A stretch of 64,000 bases of DNA from a virus. Taxonomy: Duplodnaviria; Caudoviricetes. Position numbers and translations under genes: made by a program. Shown piece by piece: positions 29,637 through 40,088 of this stretch. Where the stretch lies: positions 1,654 through 65,653 of the IMG/VR virus record IMGVR_UViG_3300046514_000672; one strand, given 5' to 3'. The notes beneath the pieces were generated by a model. The model ran no database searches and was not told the DNA's origin. It was given only the letters and a program-made list of their open reading frames with translations. Each line of letters opens with the position of its first letter. Position 1 is the stretch's first letter.

Positions 29637-32600
29637 TGAAGAATTTATTTCTTTTATTCTTTCTGTGCCTTGGTAATTTATTCTCCCAAGTAACCGTTTC
29701 GTTCTCTTATCCCATGAACGGTGCGACAATTGGTGGAGGCGGGATACAACTTTCCGGACCGGTTGCCTCTTCCGCAGCCGCGATTACTAGTGTAACCATT
29801 TCCATTAATGGAGGAGCCTTTGGAGGATTTGCTACATTATTCGGTTCTCCTCCTAATACATGGCTAATGTCATTACAGGGTTCGGCCATGACAGCCGGGG
29901 CTACTACGTTACAACTTAAAGCCACCGATGCCATGTCAAATACCGGTTTGTCATCTATTATTAACGTCACGGTTATCCATAGCAATCCTCAATGTTCCCA
30001 CACCACCGCTCCTGGAAGTTCATCTATCTTCTGCGAAAAGGCGGTGACAAATATTAGCACATCCACCAATACCGCAAGATCGGTTACGCTTACCGGTGGG
30101 CTAACCGCAGGACAATTAATATTCTGCCAAGCCGAGGCATCTGTCCCAGCTTCACCGGCCACACAATTAACCAGTAGCGTTACCGCTGGAGCTACGCTTA
30201 TTCACGTAGTTAGTTCTGCTGGATTCCCGGCTACTCCATTTTTCGCCACGTTGAGTCCTATTGGTGGCCTAGGCACAGGTACACCTCAAGTTCCTACCCC
30301 CGAAGATACAGTAACCGTTACTAACGTGTCTGGATTGAACTGGACGGTTACGGCAGTTCCCCAAAACCACGCTAGCGGAGAAATCGTAGGTAACTGGAGT
30401 GTGGTGCAAGGACAAAGTAATTATCCCTGGAAATCCACATATTTAACCGATAGCTTAGGCATTCCCTTCACGTTCTATAACGAAGTAGGAACTCGGGCAA
30501 CTGATAACGATGTAGAGCAGATGGGAACCTATTATGCCTTCGTCCCTGCCTCAACAGGATCTAATGAGGTAATTACCAGCCAGAATCCCAACGGTTCCGG
30601 ACAGGTAAATCTTCTTCAGTGCGCGCTTTTCTCTGGAGTCAATTCTGTCGGTAATGGTGCGTACCTTATGGGCTGGGCAGGCCAGAACGATGGATCAACC
30701 GTTTTACCTGGGCCAGCTTATGTAAACCCATTTATTGTGACTCCTGGAGATCTAATCGTTACGTCTGTTTTTGCGGCTCCTATTGTGCCTCTTGGTACTG
30801 CCCAACTAGCAATTGAAGATACTTCTAAGCCCTACGGCCAAATCAATTACTTTGTCGCCACTTCCAGTCCAGTACAACCTGAGACATCTGCTAATGTGGA
30901 TGGATTTTTTGAAGTATCTATAGCCTTCCATCCAACTGGATTTAGTAGTGGAGGCGTGCAGGCATTTATCACAGAACCATACATTAGTCCTAGGCCGGGT
31001 GAGAAAACATCTCAATTGGCGTTAGTAGCCGCGCAGGTAACAACCAGCACTGGGACTATTACTAATGTAGATGTGTCATTTGATAACGGGCCGTATAATG
31101 CTACTTTTGGTCCTATGGCATTGGAAGGCGGGTCCAGTTGGAATGCACAACTAGACGCCAGGATAGTGTCCGCAGGTTCCCACACATTACAGGTCCGTGC
31201 GACGGATTCCTTTGGTAATATAGGATACTCCTCTCCCGCGACACCGATTATTATTGAACATATTCCATTTGTGTGTGCCCACACACAGGTTGGTCCCCCA
31301 GGAACAGGGTATTTCTGTGAACAATATGCAGCGGCTGATGGAGTTAATCCACAAGCTATTACCTTTCCAGCAGTGGCCGGGGTGGGATTACGTGCAGGGC
31401 AGACGATTATCCTACAGACATCGATGGGCAACGCGCAGGTATTCCAGACCACTAATAACGGCGCGATTGATAACGTACAGACATCATTTCTCCTCAATGG
31501 CGCATGTTCTAGCTTCCCGGCCACACCATTTGACGTGAAAGTAAATGAACACGCAGGATATGGTGCATATGGCCGTGTGGAGAAAATGACAGTTCATGCC
31601 TGCACAGGGTCTACTGCTTCTAGTGTTACCAGAGGCGTGCCTGGGAATGATTGTGTGATTCCTAGTGGGGAACTGAGTGCATGTTCCATCGCCATTGCAC
31701 ATGATAATGGGGCCTGGGTGAATCGCTGGGGAGCACAGACACCGGACACAACCAATATCACCTCCACTCATGGATTCACATGGACGGCGGTTAAGCGAGT
31801 ATCATCTGGGCCATTTGCTGACCTAGACGACGCCAATGGTGCTATATGGTATACGGTAGTGCCGTCAAACATCTCTACAGATGAGGTGATTACATTTACT
31901 GATGCCATTTCTAATTTCTCTATCGTATTGGGTGTGGTATACACAGGACTAGGCGCATTGGAACCTGGGGCGGTATACACCACTAATCTGGGCGGGTTTG
32001 GTTCTGGATCTGCCAGCACCGGTCCATATTTCTCCCAACCAGGAGATATAAATATCGCCCTAATTGGCGGAGCACCAGAGAGTGTCATCCCATCGAATCC
32101 AATTACTAACGTGCGTGCAGGAGATACTGTTAGACCATATTCAATCTTTGCTGATCAATACTCTGTGTCGTCTATCGCTAATATCGGAACTTATATGGGA
32201 TCTGAGGGTGCGTCAGTGATAGGTATGGCATTTCAACCAGCGGCCCCCTCTACATTTGGTAGATCGATTGTGCTTAGTTCTCAAACGGCATTTAACAATT
32301 CCATCCCTGGTATTCCCTCTAATGGTGTTTGTACAATGGAAATTTCCATGCATGATTGGGGGAATCAGGTTGTCTCTGAACATCCAATACAGAATAATAT
32401 TTGTGATATCAATACATATTGGTTTGCTGTATCAGGCGGCAATCCTCAGATGTTATTAACTCCTCTACACAATACAGGTGCAGGTGACTGTCAAGTGAAC
32501 TTCACTGGACATAATCTAGTAACCATTCGTTGGCAAAGGATACCGGCCACGGGCAGTACTGGAACAATCATCTGCCAAGCTACGGACGAAACAGGGAATA

Positions 32601-35600
32601 CCTTTGTTAATATGTCTACCAATTATACGGGGATAACTGGACCAGTTACGACAAATGGATTTACCGTTGGCGGAACGACTACTCCTATCTCATATGCTTA
32701 TGCGAGAGTGTATGGTACTAATTTCTCGGCTACCGCCACTCCCCCTACCACAGCACAAGATCAAACAGGAGCAGTGTTTCAATGGAAATTCGACCTAGGG
32801 AATAATGTAGGAAGTTTAAATGATTCCACCGCCGGGAATACTCATCCAGCCACACTCTCATCGGGTTCCCCAACCTATGTTAATACGGCCTATCAGAATC
32901 TAATCAAGGCCCTACCTAGAACCCTCAACGCACCTGCGTATACAAAATGGTTGCCGTTTAAGGTGAACGCTACCAACACCCTCGATGGGTCCACTTCATA
33001 TACTCAGGCTAACGCCTCCCCAAATGTCTCTGTTACCTCATGGACTAATGTTAGCGGTCCAGTTACTCCTATCATTGTCTCTCCGTCTGCATTAGTTACT
33101 AATGTTACTGGATTAACCCAACGAGGTGGATATACATATAATCTCCATGTGGTTGACACCTCCTCCAATAGTGCTGACGCACAATTGTTGGTAGGGGCTG
33201 TGGATTATGATGCCAATGGAGTGTTGGTACAGACGGCAGATGAGAAAAAGATCTATGGAGATCAGATAGTATGGGGGAAAAATCCCTGGGGATATGCTGA
33301 TGAGAGGAACTGCACTGCGGTTAATCTCCAGATTAATGGAACAAATTGTAATGGAGATCAAATCCAAGCGTCGGGGAATGCATATTTTTCTACCACTACT
33401 TGGCTAACTCCAGCAACAGGAACGGTAAGTTATCCATTTGCCGGGTATGGTCCGTCTCCAGGGCAAGCGTGTTTGGCGGGAGGGGTAACCAAGGCAACAT
33501 TAAATGGGTCGATTACATCTTCGGCTACGTCCATCTTGATCCATCATTCAGAATGCCTAGACCTAACCTCCTTTCCGACGTGGATTTTAATTGGCAATAC
33601 TATAGGAAACATAAGTGGAGTTCCACAACAAGAGCAGGTATGTATTTCTTCTTCTGGCGGAGTGTTCACCGGGGATGCTACACTAGCTGTCTGTTACGAC
33701 GGTCGTGGAATGGCTGGAGCAAATCTATTAAATGCCCAGCCTTTAGGATCTGCTCAGATGTGGGCGGACACTACAATAGTGGGGCAATTCAAGATCACCG
33801 GTAGTGGGACTAAATTCTATTCCGATCCTGCCAGACCCATATGCCCCGCTGGAGTTCCTGGGCCTCCTGGACCAGTAGCTTATTACATAGGTCAAGCGGC
33901 ATTTACTGCTGGTTCCTCCACCGCAACCTTATCAGGATTTGGAGCGGCATGGACAACTCTTAACGGAGTGGTAGCAGGTGGATACATCCGCGCCAATGCC
34001 ACTCATGCATCCGGTACACCATTTGCTTTCTGGGCAAAGATTGTTTCCGTCACAGACCCAACTCATTTAGTCATGGATAGACCTGCACCTACTGGGATTG
34101 ATGCAGGGCCTTTTAACTATGCCATTACCGCGACACAATTCCTCTCCCTCGACTGGATACAGAACAGCCACGCATATCGGTCACTTTGGCAGGGAAGTGG
34201 ATGTGCGTCTGAAACGGCAGCGTTCGGAGTGCCGTCACATGATGTTACAAGTTTAGACTCTACTGTTCAGTCTGGGGTTAATATCAGCTACAAGAATGCC
34301 CTAGGTGCGATTAGTTCTCAAGGTCCTAATTTCTATGCTACCGGTCGTGCGGAAAGACAACTTGAACATAGAAGTGGATACACACCGGCGCTAACCGCCG
34401 CGAATCAGATTGATGATAATTATGTCAGAGATCCTGAGGTATCTGGGATTGGTGGAGGGAGTCCATTATTAAATGGTGGAGGGATTATTGGAAGCATCAT
34501 AGATAAAATATTTAACGGCTCTACGCCATTGGATTGGTTAGATGTTACGCCATTTGCCTCACAAGGAGTGGCGGAGGCGGCGAAGAATTGCAACACTGCT
34601 GATCCCAGAGATCAGGGATATCCACAAGGATGGTTGGGATTAGTGGCGCTGAAGGACCCAAATTTTACGCGCCAAATGACATGGACCACCGGCCTACAAG
34701 CCTGGGCAACTAGGGACCAAACGTGTAGGAGAAATGCAACTGATGGATATGCAGGGGTTCAGGTGAATTCCTGGGCGGGCTCTAGTATAGGTGGTATACC
34801 CGGAGCGCCATTAACCCTCACCAACGGCAGTAAACTTGCTTCCCCAACCACGGGGACATTCTCTCCGGGAATCTGTGCAGGGGTGGATGACGGAACTGGA
34901 ACTATTCATGTTATTGTCGGGTCCACAATCGCAACAGTGGTCACGGGGAATGTCGCGGCAGGTGGGTTTAGAATAACCATCACCGACACCTCAGTGTCTC
35001 CGCCATTAGTGGTAACAAGGGAATACTCAGGCTCGGGCGGCATGGGAAGTACCATTACTCTCGCTGGGGCCTGGACGGGCCTCACCACTGGAGATTATAC
35101 GTTTATGGTTGAGGATGGAAGTCTACAGGGATATATGACTTCTATTGGTAACTCTAACCTAGACTGGCCGGATGTTTCTGTGGCTACTGGATTAATTAAT
35201 AATCGCACCCTTCAACATTTTTACGCATGTCAGTACAACTCCCCTACCCAGATCACACTTAATCGCTCCTGGGACCAACTAGCAGGAACTACCACTAATA
35301 ACTATATGGTTAGTTATGTGGTAAGTGGGTTTGAGGTGCAGCCGTTTATGTTGGGGGGAATTAAAGCATCTGGCACTAGATGGGCAGGACAGAACTCCGA
35401 CCCTACAGTTTCTTCTGCTTATTCCATTATGAACGGGCAATTAGGGACCTGGATTGCGAACTTCGGTTCTGATCTTAACTCTCCAGGGACTTTAGGAATA
35501 TATTATAACCGGGTTAGTGGAGACTGTGAAGTGCCGGGAGTTCCTAACCCCTCTCCCACATTTGATAGTATTCATGGAACCTCCCTCACCCAACCTTCAT

Positions 35601-36007
35601 GTGGATTTATGGGCCTTACCACAACAACCGGAGGACAATATACCGCTAGAGTAAATACCGCAGAAGCCATCACCGGATACGAAGCATATTACGACGCACA
35701 GTGTGCGTTAGGAATATCTCAATGCAATACAGCAAGAGCATTCGTCGATAAGTATTACGGCGCAGTCTATGGCGATTGTTCGATGACACAGGGAGGAGGA
35801 AGTACCTTTTACTGTGACGCGCATTTTGTCAATACCCAGAATGAGTTATCTAATGCCTTCCTAGGCGGGATCAAATGGACCGGGTTCTTCTTCGGCATGG
35901 GAAATTCCGCGAGGTGGCCAGCACATAGATTAAATGCGGGAATACCTACATCCCCTAAGGTACAGTTCTTCGGCGGAGTGTATGATTTAGGTGGGGTACA
36001 TAACTAA
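29636..36007 (+). CDS. Giant (2123 aa) multi-domain adhesin/receptor-binding-like protein with a signal peptide
   Basis: MKNLFLLFFLCLGNLFS|Q leader; two Ig-like repeats (L-x-x-x-ATD-x-x-x-N-x-G-x-S); PKD-like TLDGS ... W ... GP ... G-x-Y-x-Y-x-L-x-V-x-D domain. Confidence 0.7.
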   Translation: MKNLFLLFFLCLGNLFSQVTVSFSYPMNGATIGGGGIQLSGPVASSAAAITSVTISINGGAFGGFATLFGSPPNTWLMSLQGSAMTAGATTLQLKATDAMSNTGLSSIINVTVIHSNPQCSHTTAPGSSSIFCEKAVTNISTSTNTARSVTLTGGLTAGQLIFCQAEASVPASPATQLTSSVTAGATLIHVVSSAGFPATPFFATLSPIGGLGTGTPQVPTPEDTVTVTNVSGLNWTVTAVPQNHASGEIVGNWSVVQGQSNYPWKSTYLTDSLGIPFTFYNEVGTRATDNDVEQMGTYYAFVPASTGSNEVITSQNPNGSGQVNLLQCALFSGVNSVGNGAYLMGWAGQNDGSTVLPGPAYVNPFIVTPGDLIVTSVFAAPIVPLGTAQLAIEDTSKPYGQINYFVATSSPVQPETSANVDGFFEVSIAFHPTGFSSGGVQAFITEPYISPRPGEKTSQLALVAAQVTTSTGTITNVDVSFDNGPYNATFGPMALEGGSSWNAQLDARIVSAGSHTLQVRATDSFGNIGYSSPATPIIIEHIPFVCAHTQVGPPGTGYFCEQYAAADGVNPQAITFPAVAGVGLRAGQTIILQTSMGNAQVFQTTNNGAIDNVQTSFLLNGACSSFPATPFDVKVNEHAGYGAYGRVEKMTVHACTGSTASSVTRGVPGNDCVIPSGELSACSIAIAHDNGAWVNRWGAQTPDTTNITSTHGFTWTAVKRVSSGPFADLDDANGAIWYTVVPSNISTDEVITFTDAISNFSIVLGVVYTGLGALEPGAVYTTNLGGFGSGSASTGPYFSQPGDINIALIGGAPESVIPSNPITNVRAGDTVRPYSIFADQYSVSSIANIGTYMGSEGASVIGMAFQPAAPSTFGRSIVLSSQTAFNNSIPGIPSNGVCTMEISMHDWGNQVVSEHPIQNNICDINTYWFAVSGGNPQMLLTPLHNTGAGDCQVNFTGHNLVTIRWQRIPATGSTGTIICQATDETGNTFVNMSTNYTGITGPVTTNGFTVGGTTTPISYAYARVYGTNFSATATPPTTAQDQTGAVFQWKFDLGNNVGSLNDSTAGNTHPATLSSGSPTYVNTAYQNLIKALPRTLNAPAYTKWLPFKVNATNTLDGSTSYTQANASPNVSVTSWTNVSGPVTPIIVSPSALVTNVTGLTQRGGYTYNLHVVDTSSNSADAQLLVGAVDYDANGVLVQTADEKKIYGDQIVWGKNPWGYADERNCTAVNLQINGTNCNGDQIQASGNAYFSTTTWLTPATGTVSYPFAGYGPSPGQACLAGGVTKATLNGSITSSATSILIHHSECLDLTSFPTWILIGNTIGNISGVPQQEQVCISSSGGVFTGDATLAVCYDGRGMAGANLLNAQPLGSAQMWADTTIVGQFKITGSGTKFYSDPARPICPAGVPGPPGPVAYYIGQAAFTAGSSTATLSGFGAAWTTLNGVVAGGYIRANATHASGTPFAFWAKIVSVTDPTHLVMDRPAPTGIDAGPFNYAITATQFLSLDWIQNSHAYRSLWQGSGCASETAAFGVPSHDVTSLDSTVQSGVNISYKNALGAISSQGPNFYATGRAERQLEHRSGYTPALTAANQIDDNYVRDPEVSGIGGGSPLLNGGGIIGSIIDKIFNGSTPLDWLDVTPFASQGVAEAAKNCNTADPRDQGYPQGWLGLVALKDPNFTRQMTWTTGLQAWATRDQTCRRNATDGYAGVQVNSWAGSSIGGIPGAPLTLTNGSKLASPTTGTFSPGICAGVDDGTGTIHVIVGSTIATVVTGNVAAGGFRITITDTSVSPPLVVTREYSGSGGMGSTITLAGAWTGLTTGDYTFMVEDGSLQGYMTSIGNSNLDWPDVSVATGLINNRTLQHFYACQYNSPTQITLNRSWDQLAGTTTNNYMVSYVVSGFEVQPFMLGGIKASGTRWAGQNSDPTVSSAYSIMNGQLGTWIANFGSDLNSPGTLGIYYNRVSGDCEVPGVPNPSPTFDSIHGTSLTQPSCGFMGLTTTTGGQYTARVNTAEAITGYEAYYDAQCALGISQCNTARAFVDKYYGAVYGDCSMTQGGGSTFYCDAHFVNTQNELSNAFLGGIKWTGFFFGMGNSARWPAHRLNAGIPTSPKVQFFGGVYDLGGVHN

Positions 36008-37434
36008 TGGGATTCATACCTAATTTCCTAGGCAAGGTAGATCCGCAAGTTAATAAGACAATTGCGGATCTATATGCTAGGGTGGTGGCGTTGGAGGCAA
36101 AGGAGAAGGAGAAACAGACCACACCTCCGATTGACTACGCGGCGATTAGTAAACAACTGTCAATTGCTGGCACAGCCCCTCTCAACATCTCAGGGCTAAT
36201 CGGTGAGCTGTCCCAGGTACAGAAGTCTAAAGCCGTGCCGATAACCACCGGGGCTCTCCCCGCACCTGGAAGTCCACTTGCCCAACCGGGCAGTCTAGTG
36301 CAGTTCAACGGCATCCTCTATTTCTATAACACCAACACCAACCCAGGAGTATGGACACCGGTGGGCGCGGTAGGTGTATTTCTCCAGGACACACATGCTA
36401 ATCGTATTGCTAACTTCCCTCCTGGGACGTTCGCTGTGGGAACTGTGTTCTGGGAGACGGATAGGAATGTGCTGTATCTTAATGAAGGGACATTTGGATC
36501 TAGTCATTGGGAATATATATTAGGACAATATGATGACGTGATTGCTAATAGACCTAGTGATCTAGGTTCTGCCGATAAGTATTTTCTCTTCTTCGCCACT
36601 GACACCAGGATCACTTTCGTCTGGACCGGAGGAGCATGGAGCTATGTCACCGGGATACATGAAGACGTAATCGCCAACCGCCCGGCACCCCAGCCCGATG
36701 GCTATCTCTATGCCGCTACGGACTGGAGGATAGTATGGGTGTCCTTAGGCGGAGCGTGGCATTACTTCTGGGGAATAATGGACGATGTGGCCGCAAACCG
36801 GCCAGCATCTTTAGGAGCTAATGATGTAGGGTTTGCGTTTATCGCCACAGATACGTTGATATTCGAGTATTGGGACGGTGCCGCTTGGCATACGGTGGGG
36901 GCAGGTGGGATCACGCAACTCACAGGTGATGTAACAGCGGGTCCGGGTAGTGGCTCTCAAGTTGCCACGGCAGTTAAAATCCCTCCCGGCGTCACTCTCA
37001 CAGGTACTCCAGGTGTGGGAGATGTCCCTACCGCTACGTCCTCTACCACTGCTACATGGCAACCGGGGACATCCCCTCCCGGAGCCTGGACGCCATATAC
37101 ACCTACGATAACTGCTGGCGCGGCGGTAACCACCACTACATTAAAAGCCGCGTATCAAGTGGTGGGGAAGACAGTTGTGTATAGGATATATTGGCTGGGG
37201 AGTTTAGGCGGAGCGTCAGCGAATATCTCCTTTACCGTTCCTGTATCAGCGTTCTCTTCTGGTGTGAGTTATGCCCAGATGGCACCAATGACACACTTGC
37301 GCGGAGGGACATTAACCTTTGCTTCTGCGGTGCTAATCGACGGATCGAGTACCTTTACCTGCGCGGCAGGGACGAATTTCCCAGGATCTACCACCTTAGA
37401 GATCCTATTGGAGGGTGTTTATGAGGCGGCGTAA
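36007..37434 (+). CDS. Tail fibre with ANR(P) repeats (no signal peptide)
   Basis: Four D-x-x-ANR ... (A/E)TD ... W repeats; LTGDVT; WTPYTPT ... GKTV C-terminal fibre domain. Confidence 0.65.
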   Translation: MGFIPNFLGKVDPQVNKTIADLYARVVALEAKEKEKQTTPPIDYAAISKQLSIAGTAPLNISGLIGELSQVQKSKAVPITTGALPAPGSPLAQPGSLVQFNGILYFYNTNTNPGVWTPVGAVGVFLQDTHANRIANFPPGTFAVGTVFWETDRNVLYLNEGTFGSSHWEYILGQYDDVIANRPSDLGSADKYFLFFATDTRITFVWTGGAWSYVTGIHEDVIANRPAPQPDGYLYAATDWRIVWVSLGGAWHYFWGIMDDVAANRPASLGANDVGFAFIATDTLIFEYWDGAAWHTVGAGGITQLTGDVTAGPGSGSQVATAVKIPPGVTLTGTPGVGDVPTATSSTTATWQPGTSPPGAWTPYTPTITAGAAVTTTTLKAAYQVVGKTVVYRIYWLGSLGGASANISFTVPVSAFSSGVSYAQMAPMTHLRGGTLTFASAVLIDGSSTFTCAAGTNFPGSTTLEILLEGVYEAA

Positions 37435-37464
37435 GATTATCAGTATAATGGAATTGAGGATATC

Positions 37465-38169
37465 ATGAGTTTCTGGAGCACATTAAGCGGCGGGCTGGCC
37501 AGTTTGATTCCTGGAGTTGGGCCGTTTATTGGTCCGTTAGTGGGGGCGGGCGTGGCGGGATTGACTGGGGGATTGTTGGGGAAAGGGTCGGGGTCTGCTA
37601 CTAGCGGGGGCGACACCACCGCTTCGCTTAATGGACAACTGGGGCAAGTGTTAGGTGGAGGTAGTCCTACTCCACAGGCACAACAGGCGAGTAAATATTA
37701 TTCCACAATCCTCAACGGTAACAGAACCGCCACAGAGGCATTGCTTCGTCCGCAGGTGTCTACCGTGTTAGGTCAGTATGACAACGCTGCGAAGGCCGCT
37801 GCGGAACTGGGTCCTAGAGGTGGGGGACGGACTGAGACCCAGGCGGAGTTAGGGTCTAAGAAGGTTGGTGTGTATGAGAATGCCCTGGAAACGGCACAAC
37901 CTAAGGCTGCGGAAGGGTTGACGACGCTGTCAGGACAGAATAATGGATTGATATCTTCTCTGTTAGGGGCCAGGACCGGTAGTAATCAGTTAGGGTTTGA
38001 GCAGACACAGGAGACGAATAAGCAACTAGGCGGGTTGGGAAGTGGGATTGGGAGTATATTAGTTAATTTACTCAAGGGTAAAGGTAAGGCTCCTGGCGGA
38101 GGCGGCGGTGGAGGCGGTATTTTAGGTGGTGGAGGTGGTGGATCGTTTGGTGACGCGGGAGATGAATAA
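37465..38169 (+). CDS. Putative DNA ejection/pilot protein
   Basis: Gly/Ala-rich hydrophobic N-terminus, Gln-rich helices, position after the fibres. Confidence 0.55.
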   Translation: MSFWSTLSGGLASLIPGVGPFIGPLVGAGVAGLTGGLLGKGSGSATSGGDTTASLNGQLGQVLGGGSPTPQAQQASKYYSTILNGNRTATEALLRPQVSTVLGQYDNAAKAAAELGPRGGGRTETQAELGSKKVGVYENALETAQPKAAEGLTTLSGQNNGLISSLLGARTGSNQLGFEQTQETNKQLGGLGSGIGSILVNLLKGKGKAPGGGGGGGGILGGGGGGSFGDAGDE

Positions 38170-40088
38170 TGATACTTCCACTGCTTGCTGGATTCGCTGA
38201 GGGCGCGGGCAAAGAATTCTCTGGTATTGCTGAGAAGGAACGTGCTAATAAGATGCAGAACGACCGGCTAGTTGCCGGGGCATTGTTAGATAAGTTAAAG
38301 GACCCCACCCTCTCCCCTGAGGACCATGACAATATCTCCCGGCAATATTATAAGACCCTTGGTGTGAAGGGCGGAGACATCGAGCAGATCATGCAGGCGC
38401 ATAACTATATGCGTCAGGCCGCGCAGGATCACATGGCGCAGCATGGTCCTCCTCCTGGGAATAGTGATGATCCTGGGAATTCTTTAGCCCCCTCACCAAC
38501 ATTAGGAGCTATTCCTACTCAGGAAGGACAAGGAACATCGGGCGGACAAGGGCCTCTGGGACAAATCCCATCCATGCCGGTTACGCCTACTAAACGATTA
38601 ACCGTTGGCGATTTAAAAGAACAACAGGCAAATAGTGATGCTTTGATAAAGGGCAGAACTTCTAATCTAATCGACGAGGAAAAGAAGGACACGGAATTAT
38701 CCAATAACATTAAATTATATAAGAGATATACCGGTCAGTCCCCCTCCAACGACCAGATCGCGCAGATGTTGAATATGCAGCCACGGTTCCGGCCATTAGT
38801 AGGGAACATCGCGCCCAGAACGGTTAGCGGAGAAGATGCGGTTTCGTCTGGCGCACAAACAGATCTCGACGGTGCGGCGATTGATCCTACAGGTGAGTAT
38901 CAGAGAGTGATGGAAGCGGATCACGTTACTACACGAGGATTCATCAAAACCCTCCATCGGGCGTCGGGTGCAGAGTGGGTACAAATACAAACACCTAACG
39001 CTCCTGCTCCCATCTGGGGGCATATTTTCAGGGACAAACAAGGGAATATTACTAAGATCGATCAGACGCCGGGGATGCAGCCTCCTAGTGGATATTTAGA
39101 GTCTGATAAAACCGCCAATCATCAAGTATTTAAGACAATATTACAAAGTGATGGTAGCGAAACTTTAGTACCCGTAACCGAAAAGACTCAAACTACTTCT
39201 ACTCCTCAACTGGCCGCAGCGGGTACTGGGGCAACACCTACTACTCCTCTTCCAGGACAAGGCCAATCCCAATCCGCAGCCCCTGGAAGTGCATTACCTA
39301 AAGCGTCTTCCATCACTCCGGCCTCACCCCTTCCTTCAATTCCTCAGGGTTTAGGCGGACCTATCGCAACTGGTGCTACCAGTCCATATACCTCTCCTAT
39401 CCGGCCTGGAGCTAACGGTACTGGGATTGTGGTAGGACATAAACCATTAACTAAGGAAGAATTCACTGCGGTAAATACCTCTCGTCAGGGCTTAGAAATG
39501 ATCAGTAGGATTGAGGGTTTGATTAAAGCAGATCCTAATGCACTCTATAAACAGGCAGGGCCGGGATCGTTAGGAGCTAGACGACTCGCTTCGTATATGG
39601 GAGAGTTATCAGATCTCATTAAACGTTTGCGATCAGGCGCGGCGACGAATGAGTCTGAGGAGAAATTTTATCTCGGGCAATTGCCAGGAGCAATGGATAA
39701 GCTCAGTGAGAATCTACCCTTTGGGCTGGCCGAACCTGGATTGGTAGAGGATAAACTCAATCTACATAAGAATTTATTTAATGGAGTCATTCAACAATGG
39801 GGAAATAGGGCGGTTGGCGGCTGGCCTACTTCTCCTACAGCTACTGCACAGGATTTCGGCGTTGACCCTAGTAAGGTAGAGAAGCCTAACGTGGGAGATT
39901 GGGTGCCCAGATTTGATAAGCAAGAAGCGGCCAAGAACAAGAACGCTACTCCTTCCACTCCGTTACCTAATGGACCTGATACTAAGATAGAGGTGAAAGC
40001 TCCTGATGGTCAGATCGGCCATCTTACCCAGAAACAGATTGACGCCGCAAAGAAGGAAGGGGTTATATTTACCCCGACTAAGAAATAA
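38169..40088 (+). CDS. Putative internal virion (ejection) protein
   Basis: LAGFAEG N-terminus; RSGAAT-x-x-SE motif; Cys-free. Confidence 0.55.
   Translation: MILPLLAGFAEGAGKEFSGIAEKERANKMQNDRLVAGALLDKLKDPTLSPEDHDNISRQYYKTLGVKGGDIEQIMQAHNYMRQAAQDHMAQHGPPPGNSDDPGNSLAPSPTLGAIPTQEGQGTSGGQGPLGQIPSMPVTPTKRLTVGDLKEQQANSDALIKGRTSNLIDEEKKDTELSNNIKLYKRYTGQSPSNDQIAQMLNMQPRFRPLVGNIAPRTVSGEDAVSSGAQTDLDGAAIDPTGEYQRVMEADHVTTRGFIKTLHRASGAEWVQIQTPNAPAPIWGHIFRDKQGNITKIDQTPGMQPPSGYLESDKTANHQVFKTILQSDGSETLVPVTEKTQTTSTPQLAAAGTGATPTTPLPGQGQSQSAAPGSALPKASSITPASPLPSIPQGLGGPIATGATSPYTSPIRPGANGTGIVVGHKPLTKEEFTAVNTSRQGLEMISRIEGLIKADPNALYKQAGPGSLGARRLASYMGELSDLIKRLRSGAATNESEEKFYLGQLPGAMDKLSENLPFGLAEPGLVEDKLNLHKNLFNGVIQQWGNRAVGGWPTSPTATAQDFGVDPSKVEKPNVGDWVPRFDKQEAAKNKNATPSTPLPNGPDTKIEVKAPDGQIGHLTQKQIDAAKKEGVIFTPTKK

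Noticed and set aside
26359-29700. Lipoprotein signals in the exported tail proteins
   Set aside because: The Cys residues in the leaders (LILC, FFLC) do not fit the lipobox; SPase I cleavage is more plausible.
38095-38150. GGC/GGT repeats
   Set aside because: These simply encode a poly-Gly tail of the pilot-like protein.
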